In this document: positions 19,259 to 28,058 of the stretch, in pieces
How the letters are laid out: the number at the start of each line of letters is the position of its first letter
How positions within the stretch are numbered: the first letter of the stretch is position 1
Assembly (NCBI GenBank): GCA_003516765.1
Contig: DPCD01000166.1
Span: forward strand, 1-36,908
Direction of reading: 5' to 3'
Source of the DNA: Clostridiales bacterium
Lineage (GTDB): Bacteria > Bacillota > Clostridia > Oscillospirales > Oscillospiraceae
Length of the DNA stretch: 36,908 bases
Position numbers and translations under genes: made by a program
The notes under the pieces: generated by a model
The model's input: only the letters and a program-made list of their open reading frames with translations
The model's database searches: none
Told to the model about the DNA's origin: nothing

Positions 19259-19315
19259 GATGTATCTACATCGTTGTATGTACAACTATTATGCCACGGG
19301 TTTTTTATTTGTCAA
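19259..19315 (-). promoter_or_regulatory. marR promoter with two tandem 14-bp palindromic operators
   Basis: TTGACA-16 nt-CATAAT with TG extension; GATGTA-tc-TACATC (19259-19272) and GTTGTA-tg-TACAAC (19273-19286). Confidence 0.75.
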
Positions 19316-19499
19316 TAGCGACAGCGGCGTTTCAGACAAAAGCCGGAACGCCACTGTGCGGCATTCCGGTATGTACGAAAACGGAAAGGACCGTTTTCTC
19401 AGCGCGCTGCCGTCTCGCGTGTCAGGCGCAGATAGTCGGCATCAAATTGTGCAAGGTCCCTGGAAAACGGCACGGCGCAGGAACTGACCTCGCCGGTTT

Positions 19500-20345
19500 T
19501 TACTTTGTGTGCTTGAGAAAGCGGAGAAACTGCTCCGCCGCCGGAGAAAACGTCTGGTCCTTCTTCCATGCCAGCACCGTTCCGGTTTCCAGCCTCGGAG
19601 ACAGCGGCACAAAGGTCAGGGCGTCTGAAATGTTGTCAAGGTCAAAGCACAGCGCCGCGCCGATGCCGTTTCTCACCATGTTGGAGGCGTTCAGGATCAG
19701 ATTGTATGTCGCAGCGATTTCCAGCTTTTCGTAAGCGCTTCCGAACCAGCCTGCCAGCTCGTTGCGGACGGTTTCACGGCTGCTGATGAGAAGCGGCACA
19801 GCACAGAGGTCCTCCGGCGTGACGCCGGACTTCTGCGCCAGCGGATGCTCCTTCGGGACAAGCAGCCCCCAGCGGTCCTTTTGCGGCGTGCGCAAAAACG
19901 CATAGCGCCCGATGCTGACAGGCTCTGTGAGCAGCCCCATGTCGAGCAGCCCCTTTTCCATGCGCTCTTTTACGTCGTCGGCATTGGCGCTGTGAATGCG
20001 GAAGCGGACCTGCGGGTGAAGCTCCCGAAATTCCCGGATATGCTGAGACAGAAACGTCATCGACCGCGTTTCACCGCAGCCGATGGCAATCTCGCCGGTC
20101 AGCTCCGTTTCGTGATGCTGTAATTCCCGCTCTGCTTTGTCGGCAAGCTCTACGATCTCCTGCGCGCGTCTGCGCAGGAGCATGCCGTCTTCCGTCAGAA
20201 TCACGCGGTATTGGCTGCGGCGAAAGAGCTTGACGCCCAGCTCCGCTTCCAGCTGCATCAGCTGCCGGGAAAGCGTGGGCTGCGTTACGTGCAGAAGCGC
20301 CGCCGCCTTCGTGATGTTTTCCTCCCGCGCCACGGCGAGGAAGTA
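19500..20345 (-). pseudogene. LysR-family regulator lacking its start codon and first about 7 residues
   Basis: Homology starts at [29 protein letters not shown]; upstream DNA is the antisense of an oppF fragment. Confidence 0.85.
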
Positions 20346-20896
20346 CGGTCGGTCTGGCAAGAAGACTGAAAAACTCCTATCCGCACGAACTCGACGGTGG
20401 TCGCCGCCAGCGCATCGGCATCGCGAGAGCACTCAGCCTGAACCCCGCGTTCATCGTCTGCGACGAGCCTGTTTCGGCGCTGGATGTTTCCATTCAGGCG
20501 CAGATTCTCAACCTCATGCAGGACCTGCAGGAGCAGCTGGGGCTGACGTATCTGTTCATCACGCACAACCTTTCCGTCGTCAAGCATATTTCCAACAACA
20601 TCATGGTCATGTATCTGGGACAGATGGTGGAAAAGGCAAGCTCGGACGAGCTGTTTGCGCGTCCGCTGCATCCGTATACCAAGGCACTGCTTTCCGCGAT
20701 TCCTTCGGTCGATCTCGACCATCCGCGCCAGCACATTCAGCTCAAGGGCGAAATCACCTCGCCGATCAATCCGAAGCCCGGCTGCCGCTTTGCCGCGCGC
20801 TGCCCCTATGCGACCGAAGCGTGTCATCAGAAAACGCCGGAGCTGCGCGAGGTATATCCGGGGCACTTTGTCGCCTGCGACAAGGTCGAGGTGTAA
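20345..20896 (+). pseudogene. oppF: Oligopeptide/dipeptide ABC ATPase (OppF/DppF), C-terminal half only
   Basis: [69 protein letters not shown]; Walker A absent. Confidence 0.85.
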
Positions 20897-20917
20897 GCGC
20901 CGGATTGGAAAGAAGGC

Positions 20918-22027
20918 ATGAACATGGTAGATGAGAAGCGGCTGGTGCAGCGCTTTGTGCAGTACGCAGCCTGTGCCAGCGAGAGCGGGCACGAACGGCA
21001 AATGTGCCTGCTGCTGGAGCAGCAGCTGCAGGAGCTGGGGCTGGATGTTTTTCGCGACGACGTGCGCAAAGCCGTTCAGACAGACGGCTGGAATGTTTAT
21101 GCAAGCCTTCCCGGAACGGGAGAGCCCATGCTCTTTTCTGCGCATATGGACACGGTCTGCCCCGGAAGCGGCGTCAAGCCGGTCCTGCGGGACGGAACGA
21201 TTTATTCGTCCGGCGACACCATTCTGGGTGCGGACGACAAGGCGGGTATTGCCGAGATTCTGGAGGCGCTGACCTGCCTGCACGAATCCGGTCTGCCGCA
21301 CCGCCCGATTGAGGTGCTTTTTACCGTGCGGGAGGAAACCGGTCTGGAGGGCTCGGCAAACGCCTGCTATGACAGAATCCGGAGCAAAACCGGCGTGTCC
21401 TTTGACAGCGGTCCGATCGGGCGGATTGTCATTGAAAACCCAATCCAGCAGGTGCTGTTTCTGCAGGTGCAGGGAAAAGCGTCCCACTCCGGCAGCCATT
21501 ATGACGACGGCATACATGCGCTGAAATGCGCGGCGGACATGATTGCGCAGATTCCCTGCGGGCATGTCGACGCAGATACGGCGGTCAATGTCGCAAACTT
21601 CCTCAGCCCCGGTCAGGCAAATTCCGTTCCGGACCTGGCAAGCTTCGAGATCGAAATCCGCTGCTTCAGCGCGCAGAAGCTGGAGACCTTCCGGGAAAAG
21701 CTCCGGGCGATTTTTGAACGGGTGACGCAGAGCTACGGCGCGCAGTACACGCTGCGCACGGAGCTTCGCTCCCCGGGCATGCAGCTCGGCAGGGCGCATC
21801 CGCTCGTCGGACAGGTCTGCGCGGTCTATGAAGCGCTCGGTATCGAGCCGAAGATTGCCCGGGGCTACGGCGGTCATGACGGCGTCAGCTTTGCCGCGCA
21901 TGGACTGGCTGCGGCAAATCTCGGGTGCGGCTTTGCCGGGTGCCACAGTCTGGACGAGCATGTGCGCGTCGAGGATCTGACAAGGGGCGCCCGCGTGGCG
22001 CTGGGGCTTATGACCTGCTGCCGGTAA
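20918..22027 (+). CDS. M20 metallo-amidohydrolase (peptidase T-like)
   Basis: SAHMDTV, LGADDKAG, REE, GKASHSG, GGHD, HSLDE. Confidence 0.9.
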   Translation: MNMVDEKRLVQRFVQYAACASESGHERQMCLLLEQQLQELGLDVFRDDVRKAVQTDGWNVYASLPGTGEPMLFSAHMDTVCPGSGVKPVLRDGTIYSSGDTILGADDKAGIAEILEALTCLHESGLPHRPIEVLFTVREETGLEGSANACYDRIRSKTGVSFDSGPIGRIVIENPIQQVLFLQVQGKASHSGSHYDDGIHALKCAADMIAQIPCGHVDADTAVNVANFLSPGQANSVPDLASFEIEIRCFSAQKLETFREKLRAIFERVTQSYGAQYTLRTELRSPGMQLGRAHPLVGQVCAVYEALGIEPKIARGYGGHDGVSFAAHGLAAANLGCGFAGCHSLDEHVRVEDLTRGARVALGLMTCCR

Positions 22028-22040
22028 GAACGTGCGTACC

Positions 22041-22079
22041 GTCCCCGGGCTGCAGATCGGCAATCCGGGGACTTTTTTT
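22041..22079 (+). terminator. Terminator-like hairpin inside the cluster
   Basis: GTCCCCGG...CCGGGGAC followed by T7. Confidence 0.6.
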
Positions 22080-22111
22080 GAAAAACGAGGAGAAAAGGAC
22101 CATTACACCAT

Positions 22112-23506
22112 ATGGAAGAGAAAAAAACAGGAAGCTTTTCGGAAAAGATTGCCGCGTTTTCTCTGGGGCTGCGGTATGAGGATATTCCGGCATCGGTCAT
22201 AAGCTATGGAAAGCTGCTGCTGAAGGATACCTTCGGCGTGGCAATGGCAAGCCAGAAGCAGGACCATATCCATGCAATCGGAAAGACCATCGAGGAAATG
22301 GGCGGAACACCGCAGGCAACGCTCTGGGGCACGCAGGAACAGGCGAATCTTGCCAATGCGGTGCTCTATAACGCCGCACTGATTCACGGCGCGGATTATG
22401 ACGATACGCACGTCGGCGCCATCGTCCATCCGAGCGCCAGCGTCGTCAGCACGGCAATCACTGTCGGCGAAATGGTTCACGCCGACGGCAGACAGATTCT
22501 GACTGCGATCGTCGCGGGCTGGGAGATCATTGTGCGTCTGGGACTTGCTGCAAAGGGCAGATTCCACGACGTTGGCTTCCACGGCACGGGCATCGTGGCG
22601 CCGTTCGCGGCGGCATGTGTTGCGGCAAAGCTGCTCGGAGACAGTGAGCGCACGCTCAAAAACGCGCTCGGCATCTGCGGCAGCCAGGCGGCGGCGCTGC
22701 AGGAATTTCTCCGCGACGGCAGCTGGGTCAAAAAAATCCATCCCGGCTGGGGCGCGCACAGCGCGATCTATGCCCTCGGCATGGCGCGCAATGGCTTTAT
22801 CGGTCCGGATAAGGTTTTTGAGGGAGAATTCGGTCTTTATATGACGCACTGCGGCGGAACGGACGGACTGGAAGAAGCATTTTCCGATCTGGGGCGCGTC
22901 TGGCATACAACGGAAATTACGACAAAGCTGTATCCGGTCTGCCACATGACGCATTCGTTCATTGACTGCATGATTCGCCTGGAGGAGGAACACCACTTTG
23001 GCGCGGACGACATCGCCTCGGCGCAGTGCCGCATTGAAAGCCGCTGCTATCCGATTGTCTGCACGCCGCGCGAGGTTAAAACGAGACCGAACACGGATTA
23101 TATCATGCGGTTCAGTCTGCCGTATGTTGTGGCAATGGCAGCTGCAAAGCAGAAGGTCGGTCCGGCGGAAATTGATCTGAAATACGCAGAAGACACAAAA
23201 ATGCAGGCGCTGATGGATAAAATCCAGTGCGTCGAGGACGACAGCAAGCGCAATCCGGGCTTCTTTCCGGGCTATCTCACCGTGACATTGAACGACGGGC
23301 GCACATTTACCGCCGACCAGCGCTACGAAATGGGAACCCCGCAGAATCCGCTCAGTGTGGAGGCTGTCGATAAAAAATGCCGGGCAAATCTGGAGGCATT
23401 TTACACGGACGCGCAGATTGCGCAGATTTTGCAGCAGATTTCCGGATTTGAAACGCTGAAGGACGTCAATTGCCTGCTGGCATCGCTGATTGCCGGCGGG
23501 AAGTAA
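22112..23506 (+). CDS. MmgE/PrpD-family protein (paralogue 1)
   Basis: LKDTFGVA, HGADYDDTH..VHP, GFHGTG, KKIHPG, FEGEFG, KLYPVCH, GTPQNP. Confidence 0.9.
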   Translation: MEEKKTGSFSEKIAAFSLGLRYEDIPASVISYGKLLLKDTFGVAMASQKQDHIHAIGKTIEEMGGTPQATLWGTQEQANLANAVLYNAALIHGADYDDTHVGAIVHPSASVVSTAITVGEMVHADGRQILTAIVAGWEIIVRLGLAAKGRFHDVGFHGTGIVAPFAAACVAAKLLGDSERTLKNALGICGSQAAALQEFLRDGSWVKKIHPGWGAHSAIYALGMARNGFIGPDKVFEGEFGLYMTHCGGTDGLEEAFSDLGRVWHTTEITTKLYPVCHMTHSFIDCMIRLEEEHHFGADDIASAQCRIESRCYPIVCTPREVKTRPNTDYIMRFSLPYVVAMAAAKQKVGPAEIDLKYAEDTKMQALMDKIQCVEDDSKRNPGFFPGYLTVTLNDGRTFTADQRYEMGTPQNPLSVEAVDKKCRANLEAFYTDAQIAQILQQISGFETLKDVNCLLASLIAGGK

Positions 23507-23523
23507 TACGAAAGGAATTCGTT

Positions 23524-24783
23524 ATGGGACAAACACTTGTAGAAAAAATCATTGGAAAAAATGTCGGTCATCCCGTAAAAGCCGGCGAAACGGTGATTGT
23601 CAACGTGGACTTTGCCGCGCTGCATGACGGCTCCGGTCCTCTGATGGTGCGGCTTCTGAAAGAGCGCGCGTATGATAAGGACCCTGTTTTCGATCCGAAC
23701 CGGATGCTCTTTGCCAATGAGTTCGGACCGGAATCCACACGCGAGGTGGCAAACGAGCATGCGCTTTGCCGCTGCTATGCGCTCGAGCATGGCTGCCACT
23801 GGGAAGAGGGCGGCACGGGTCATGTACACGCGCACATCTATGAAAGCTTCCTGAAATGCGGCACGGTCTGCATCGTCGGCGACTCCCACACCACGGTCCA
23901 CGGCGCATACGGCTGCTTTGCAACCGGCTGCGGTTCGACCGACATGGTGGCAGTGACCCGCTTCGGAAAGACGTGGATCAAGGTGCCCGAAACCTTCCGC
24001 ATCAATGTCGAGGGCGCGCTGCCGAAGGGCGTTTACTCCAAGGACATCATGCTGAAGCTCGCGAGCATCATCAAGTCCGATCAGGCAATTTACAAGTCGC
24101 TGGAATTCCGCGGCAGCACGATTTCGTCTTTGTCCATGGAGGGACGTCTGACCATCACCAGCATGGGCGTCGACGTCGGCGCAAAGAATGCGATCATGGA
24201 AACGGACGAGCACACGCGCGAATATCTGAAGATCTTCGGTCGTGAAAACGACTATCTGGAGGTCAAGGGCGACGAAGAAGCAAACTACGAGCGCGTCATC
24301 AACATTGACGCAACGCAGCTCGAACCGCTGGTTTCCAAGCCGCACTATGTGGAAAATGTGGATCTGGCGCGCAATTGCAGCAGCGAGCATGTCAACATGG
24401 TCTTCATCGGCTCGTGCACCAACGGGCGCGTGGAGGATCTGCATATTGCAGCCGACATTCTGCGCGGCAAAAAGGTTGCGAAGGGAACGCGCCTGCTGGT
24501 GATTCCGAACTCCAACTATGTCTATCAGCAGTGCATGCGCGACGGCACGCTTCTGACGCTGGCAGAGGCTGGCGCCATGATCGAAGCGCCGAACTGCGGT
24601 CCGTGCATGGGCGTGCATCAGGGCATTCCGGCAGACAACGAGGTCGTTGTCGCTACGCAGAACCGGAACTTCAAAGGACGCATGGGAAATCCCACGGCAA
24701 GCATCTATCTGTCCAGCCCGGCAACCGCCGCTGCGACGGCGCTGACCGGCTACATCACCGATCCGCGCGAGGTCATGGGCTAA
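23524..24783 (+). CDS. Aconitase-family [4Fe-4S] hydro-lyase large subunit (LeuC/HacA-like)
   Basis: MGQTLVEKI, HDG, GDSHT, GSCTNGR, CGPCMG, NRNFKGRMG, YLSSPA. Confidence 0.92.
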   Translation: MGQTLVEKIIGKNVGHPVKAGETVIVNVDFAALHDGSGPLMVRLLKERAYDKDPVFDPNRMLFANEFGPESTREVANEHALCRCYALEHGCHWEEGGTGHVHAHIYESFLKCGTVCIVGDSHTTVHGAYGCFATGCGSTDMVAVTRFGKTWIKVPETFRINVEGALPKGVYSKDIMLKLASIIKSDQAIYKSLEFRGSTISSLSMEGRLTITSMGVDVGAKNAIMETDEHTREYLKIFGRENDYLEVKGDEEANYERVINIDATQLEPLVSKPHYVENVDLARNCSSEHVNMVFIGSCTNGRVEDLHIAADILRGKKVAKGTRLLVIPNSNYVYQQCMRDGTLLTLAEAGAMIEAPNCGPCMGVHQGIPADNEVVVATQNRNFKGRMGNPTASIYLSSPATAAATALTGYITDPREVMG

Positions 24784-24802
24784 GAAAAGGAGCGTAAGTG
24801 TT

Positions 24803-25309
24803 ATGATAAAAGATTCGATTCAGGGTCGTGCATGGAAATTCGGAAGCAACGTCAGTACCGACTCCATTGCCCCCGGCAGACTGATCTCCCTGCGGGCAAA
24901 TCCGCCGGAGTATGCCAAGCATGTTCTTGAAGATGCCCGTCCCGACTTTGTCAAGGGCGTCAAGCAGGACGATTTTATCGTTGCCGACCGGAACTTCGGC
25001 TGCGGTTCCAGCCGTGAGATTGCCGCAATTATCATCAAGCTTGCCGGCGTCGGCGCGGTCCTTTCCAAATCGTTCGGTCGGATTTTCTACCGCAACGCCA
25101 TCAATAACGGCATGCTGCTCATTGAGTGTGACACCGACCGGATTGAAGAGGGCGACGAGCTGTTTGTGGATGTCAAGAACCGCGTCATCCGCAAGATCAA
25201 CGACCCGGCGTTCTCCATGCCGTTTACGCTGTCGGAGAAGGAAATCAAGATCGTCAACGAGGGCGGCTTGCTCAACTACATCGAGAATCACAATTCTCTG
25301 GATATCTGA
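24803..25309 (+). CDS. Aconitase-family hydro-lyase small subunit (LeuD/HacB-like)
   Basis: GRAWKFG, NFGCGSSRE, SFGRIFYRNAINNG, GGLLNY; AAGGAG RBS. Confidence 0.92.
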   Translation: MIKDSIQGRAWKFGSNVSTDSIAPGRLISLRANPPEYAKHVLEDARPDFVKGVKQDDFIVADRNFGCGSSREIAAIIIKLAGVGAVLSKSFGRIFYRNAINNGMLLIECDTDRIEEGDELFVDVKNRVIRKINDPAFSMPFTLSEKEIKIVNEGGLLNYIENHNSLDI

Positions 25310-25310
25310 T

Positions 25311-26672
25311 ATGGAAGCATTGAGACAGCTTGCAGCCTTTGTGCAGGAGCTTCGTCTGGAGGATCTGCCGCAGGACGTGCGCGATGCCGCGCGCTACTGC
25401 GTGCTGGACACGCTGGGCTCTGCGCTCGGTGCTGCGGAAAATGAGGAGCTTGCTGCCATCGCGCGGGAATACGCGCAATGGACGGGGCTCGGCGAAAATA
25501 ACCGCAGCGCGAGGCTCTGGGGCAGCGCGCAGCGGACCAATCTGATGAACGCCGTCTTCCTCAACGGCATGATGGCGCACCAGCTGGAGCTGGACGATGT
25601 GCATACTGCGTCCAAATCCCATGTCGGCGCGGTCGTGGTGCCGGCGGCATGGGCGGTCGCGGAAGCACTCGGCTGCAGCGGCAAGACGTTTCTGGAGGCG
25701 GTCGTCGCCGGCTACGAGGTGATGGGGCGCGTCGGAAAGGCAATGGACGTTGCCAGCAACCGCAAGCGCGGCTGGCACACGACGGGTATCATCGGAACGT
25801 TCGGCGCCGCTGCCGCTGCCTGCAAACTGTTCGGTCTGACGCAGGAGCAGACCGCGAACGCACTCGGGCTTGCCGGCACGCAGTCGTGCGGTCTGTGGGC
25901 GTTTCTGGCAGAAGGCGCTACCTGCAAAAAGCTGCATACCGGCAGGGCTGCCGTCAACGGTGTTGCTTCCTGCCTGCTCGCAAAAAGCGGCATGACCGGC
26001 GCGATTCATATTCTTGACGCGAAGGACGGAGGACTCTATCCGGCAGTCAGCGACAGCTGGGACATGGAAAAACTGACCGAGGGTCTGGGGCAGAGCTACG
26101 AGATCACCCGGATGGACAAAAAGCCGTATCCCTGCTGCCGCACGACGCATCCGAACATCGACGCCGCGCTGCGGCTGCGCGCAGAAGGTGTCCGCGCGCA
26201 GGATGTGGCGCAGGTGCTGGTGGAAACCTATGAGGTCGGCGTTCTGCAATGCGGCTTTTCCAAGTATCCGGAAAGCCCGGTGGAGGCAAAGTTCAGTACG
26301 CCCTTCACCGCAGCGTGCGCACTGGTCAAGGGCCATGTGAATCAGGCGGATTTTGACGAGCAGACGCTGCAGGATGCGCAGATTCGCCGCATCGCGGAGC
26401 ACACCAGCGTTGTTGCCGCGCCGCTTTTTACCGAGCGGTATCCGAAGCAGTGGGGCAGCCGCATGACAATCACCTGCACCGACGGCAGCCGCCGCGTCTG
26501 TCAGATTGACAACATGTCCGGCAGCGTGGCAGTGCCGCTGAGCCCGGAGCAGGAGCAAAGCAAATTCCTGGGTCTGGCAGCTGCCTGCATGGATCTGCCG
26601 CAGGCGCAGAGGCTCATGGAAGAGGTGCTGCGCATCGAGCAGAAGCAGACGCTGCCGCAGGTTGGAATGTGA
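25311..26672 (+). CDS. MmgE/PrpD-family protein (paralogue 2)
   Basis: ATG 25311, 1 nt after the leuD-like stop; LDTLG, HQLELDDVH..SH, GWHTTG, KKLHTG, KPYPCCR, AKFS. Confidence 0.9.
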   Translation: MEALRQLAAFVQELRLEDLPQDVRDAARYCVLDTLGSALGAAENEELAAIAREYAQWTGLGENNRSARLWGSAQRTNLMNAVFLNGMMAHQLELDDVHTASKSHVGAVVVPAAWAVAEALGCSGKTFLEAVVAGYEVMGRVGKAMDVASNRKRGWHTTGIIGTFGAAAAACKLFGLTQEQTANALGLAGTQSCGLWAFLAEGATCKKLHTGRAAVNGVASCLLAKSGMTGAIHILDAKDGGLYPAVSDSWDMEKLTEGLGQSYEITRMDKKPYPCCRTTHPNIDAALRLRAEGVRAQDVAQVLVETYEVGVLQCGFSKYPESPVEAKFSTPFTAACALVKGHVNQADFDEQTLQDAQIRRIAEHTSVVAAPLFTERYPKQWGSRMTITCTDGSRRVCQIDNMSGSVAVPLSPEQEQSKFLGLAAACMDLPQAQRLMEEVLRIEQKQTLPQVGM

Positions 26673-26682
26673 GGATTGCAAT

Positions 26683-28026
26683 ATGGAAAATTACACGCAG
26701 ACGCTGGTCCGGTTTGTTTTGCAGACAAGGACGGAGGATATTCCGCAGAACGTCATCGAGCTGGCAAAAAAGCACTTTCTCGACTGTGTCGGCGCAGCGC
26801 TTGCGGAGGCGGCAGAACCGCGCAGCCAGATTGTCCGGCGCTACTTTTCCGCGCTCGGTGCGGACGGAGACTGCCGCGTCGTCGGACATGGAACAAGACT
26901 GAGCGTAGAAAATGCGGCGTTCTGCAACGGCATTCTGGCGCACACGATCTGCTTTGACGATTCCGGTCCCTCCCATCCGTCCGTGACCATCGTCCCGGGG
27001 CTTCTTGCGCTGGCAGAGCGGTATCATTTTTCGGGAAAAGAGATTCTTGCTGCGCAGGTGCTGGGCTATGAGGTGTTTCAGCGCCTGAACGCCGCGACCG
27101 CGGAAGCGTGGGAGATGCGCAAGCGCGGCTGGCATCCGACCGGCTTTTTCGGAGCTGTCGCCGGAGCAGCCCAGACTGCGCGCCTGCTCGGGCTTTCGCA
27201 GCAGCAGGCGCAGCGCGCGCTCGGCATTGCGGCAACGCTTGGCGGCGGTCTGAGCCAGAACATCGGAAACATGGGCATGGGGCTTCATGCTGGAAACGCC
27301 AGCCGGAACGGCATTACCGCCGCGCTGCTTGCAAAGGAAGGATTTACCGCGGACGAGCGTCCGCTGGAAGGGCGCTTTGGACTCTTGGATGCACTGTGCG
27401 GACCCGGTCAGTATGATGCGTCCAGACTCACCGCAAACCTCGGCGCGCCGTTTGGGATGGAAAACCCGGGCATTACCATCAAGCCGTATCCGAACTGCTG
27501 GGCGCACCACAAGGTTCTGCAGGCAGTGCTGGAACTGCGCGAGAAGCACGCGATTGCACCGGAAAACGTCGAGCGGGTCGAAGTTGACCTGCAGACGGAC
27601 AAGCCAACCTATCGCTACACCGCGCCCAAAACCGATCTGGAAGCGCGCTACAGCCTCGGCTACGGCATCGCGCTGGCGCTGCTGGACGGAGAACTGACAC
27701 TGGCGCAGTACGCACCGGAGCGCCTGCAGCGGCAGGACACGCTGGAGATGCTCGGCAGAATTCAGAATGTGCCTGCCGCAGACGAACAGGCACGGCAGAC
27801 GGTCACCATCTGCATGAAAAACGGGCAGCGGTATTCCGGGCGGGTCCAATATTCAAAGGGACATCCGCTTTACGATCCGATGTGCCTTTCGGAGGTGCAG
27901 GAGAAGTATCGCCTGCTGGCGGGACGTCTGCTGCCGCAGCATCAGGTGGAAGCTTCGATGCAGGCAATTGTGCACCTGGAAGAGGCAGCGGACGTGTCGG
28001 ATGTGATGGACCTGCTGGTCGTTTGA
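26683..28026 (+). CDS. MmgE/PrpD-family protein (paralogue 3)
   Basis: ATG 26683 after GAGG; LDCVG, HTICFDDS..SHP, GWHPTG, LEGRFG, KPYPNC, ARYS, KGHP. Confidence 0.9.
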   Translation: MENYTQTLVRFVLQTRTEDIPQNVIELAKKHFLDCVGAALAEAAEPRSQIVRRYFSALGADGDCRVVGHGTRLSVENAAFCNGILAHTICFDDSGPSHPSVTIVPGLLALAERYHFSGKEILAAQVLGYEVFQRLNAATAEAWEMRKRGWHPTGFFGAVAGAAQTARLLGLSQQQAQRALGIAATLGGGLSQNIGNMGMGLHAGNASRNGITAALLAKEGFTADERPLEGRFGLLDALCGPGQYDASRLTANLGAPFGMENPGITIKPYPNCWAHHKVLQAVLELREKHAIAPENVERVEVDLQTDKPTYRYTAPKTDLEARYSLGYGIALALLDGELTLAQYAPERLQRQDTLEMLGRIQNVPAADEQARQTVTICMKNGQRYSGRVQYSKGHPLYDPMCLSEVQEKYRLLAGRLLPQHQVEASMQAIVHLEEAADVSDVMDLLVV

Positions 28027-28058
28027 AAACACGTTTGTGATACTGGGAGGTTGTATTT

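Noticed and set aside
23524..25309. Assigning leuC/leuD symbols (leucine biosynthesis)
   Set aside because: No leuA/leuB nearby, a catabolic context and altered active-site motifs.
24912..25310. 586-aa version of the second PrpD protein
   Set aside because: The extension overlaps the leuD-like gene out of frame; family homology starts at ATG 25311.
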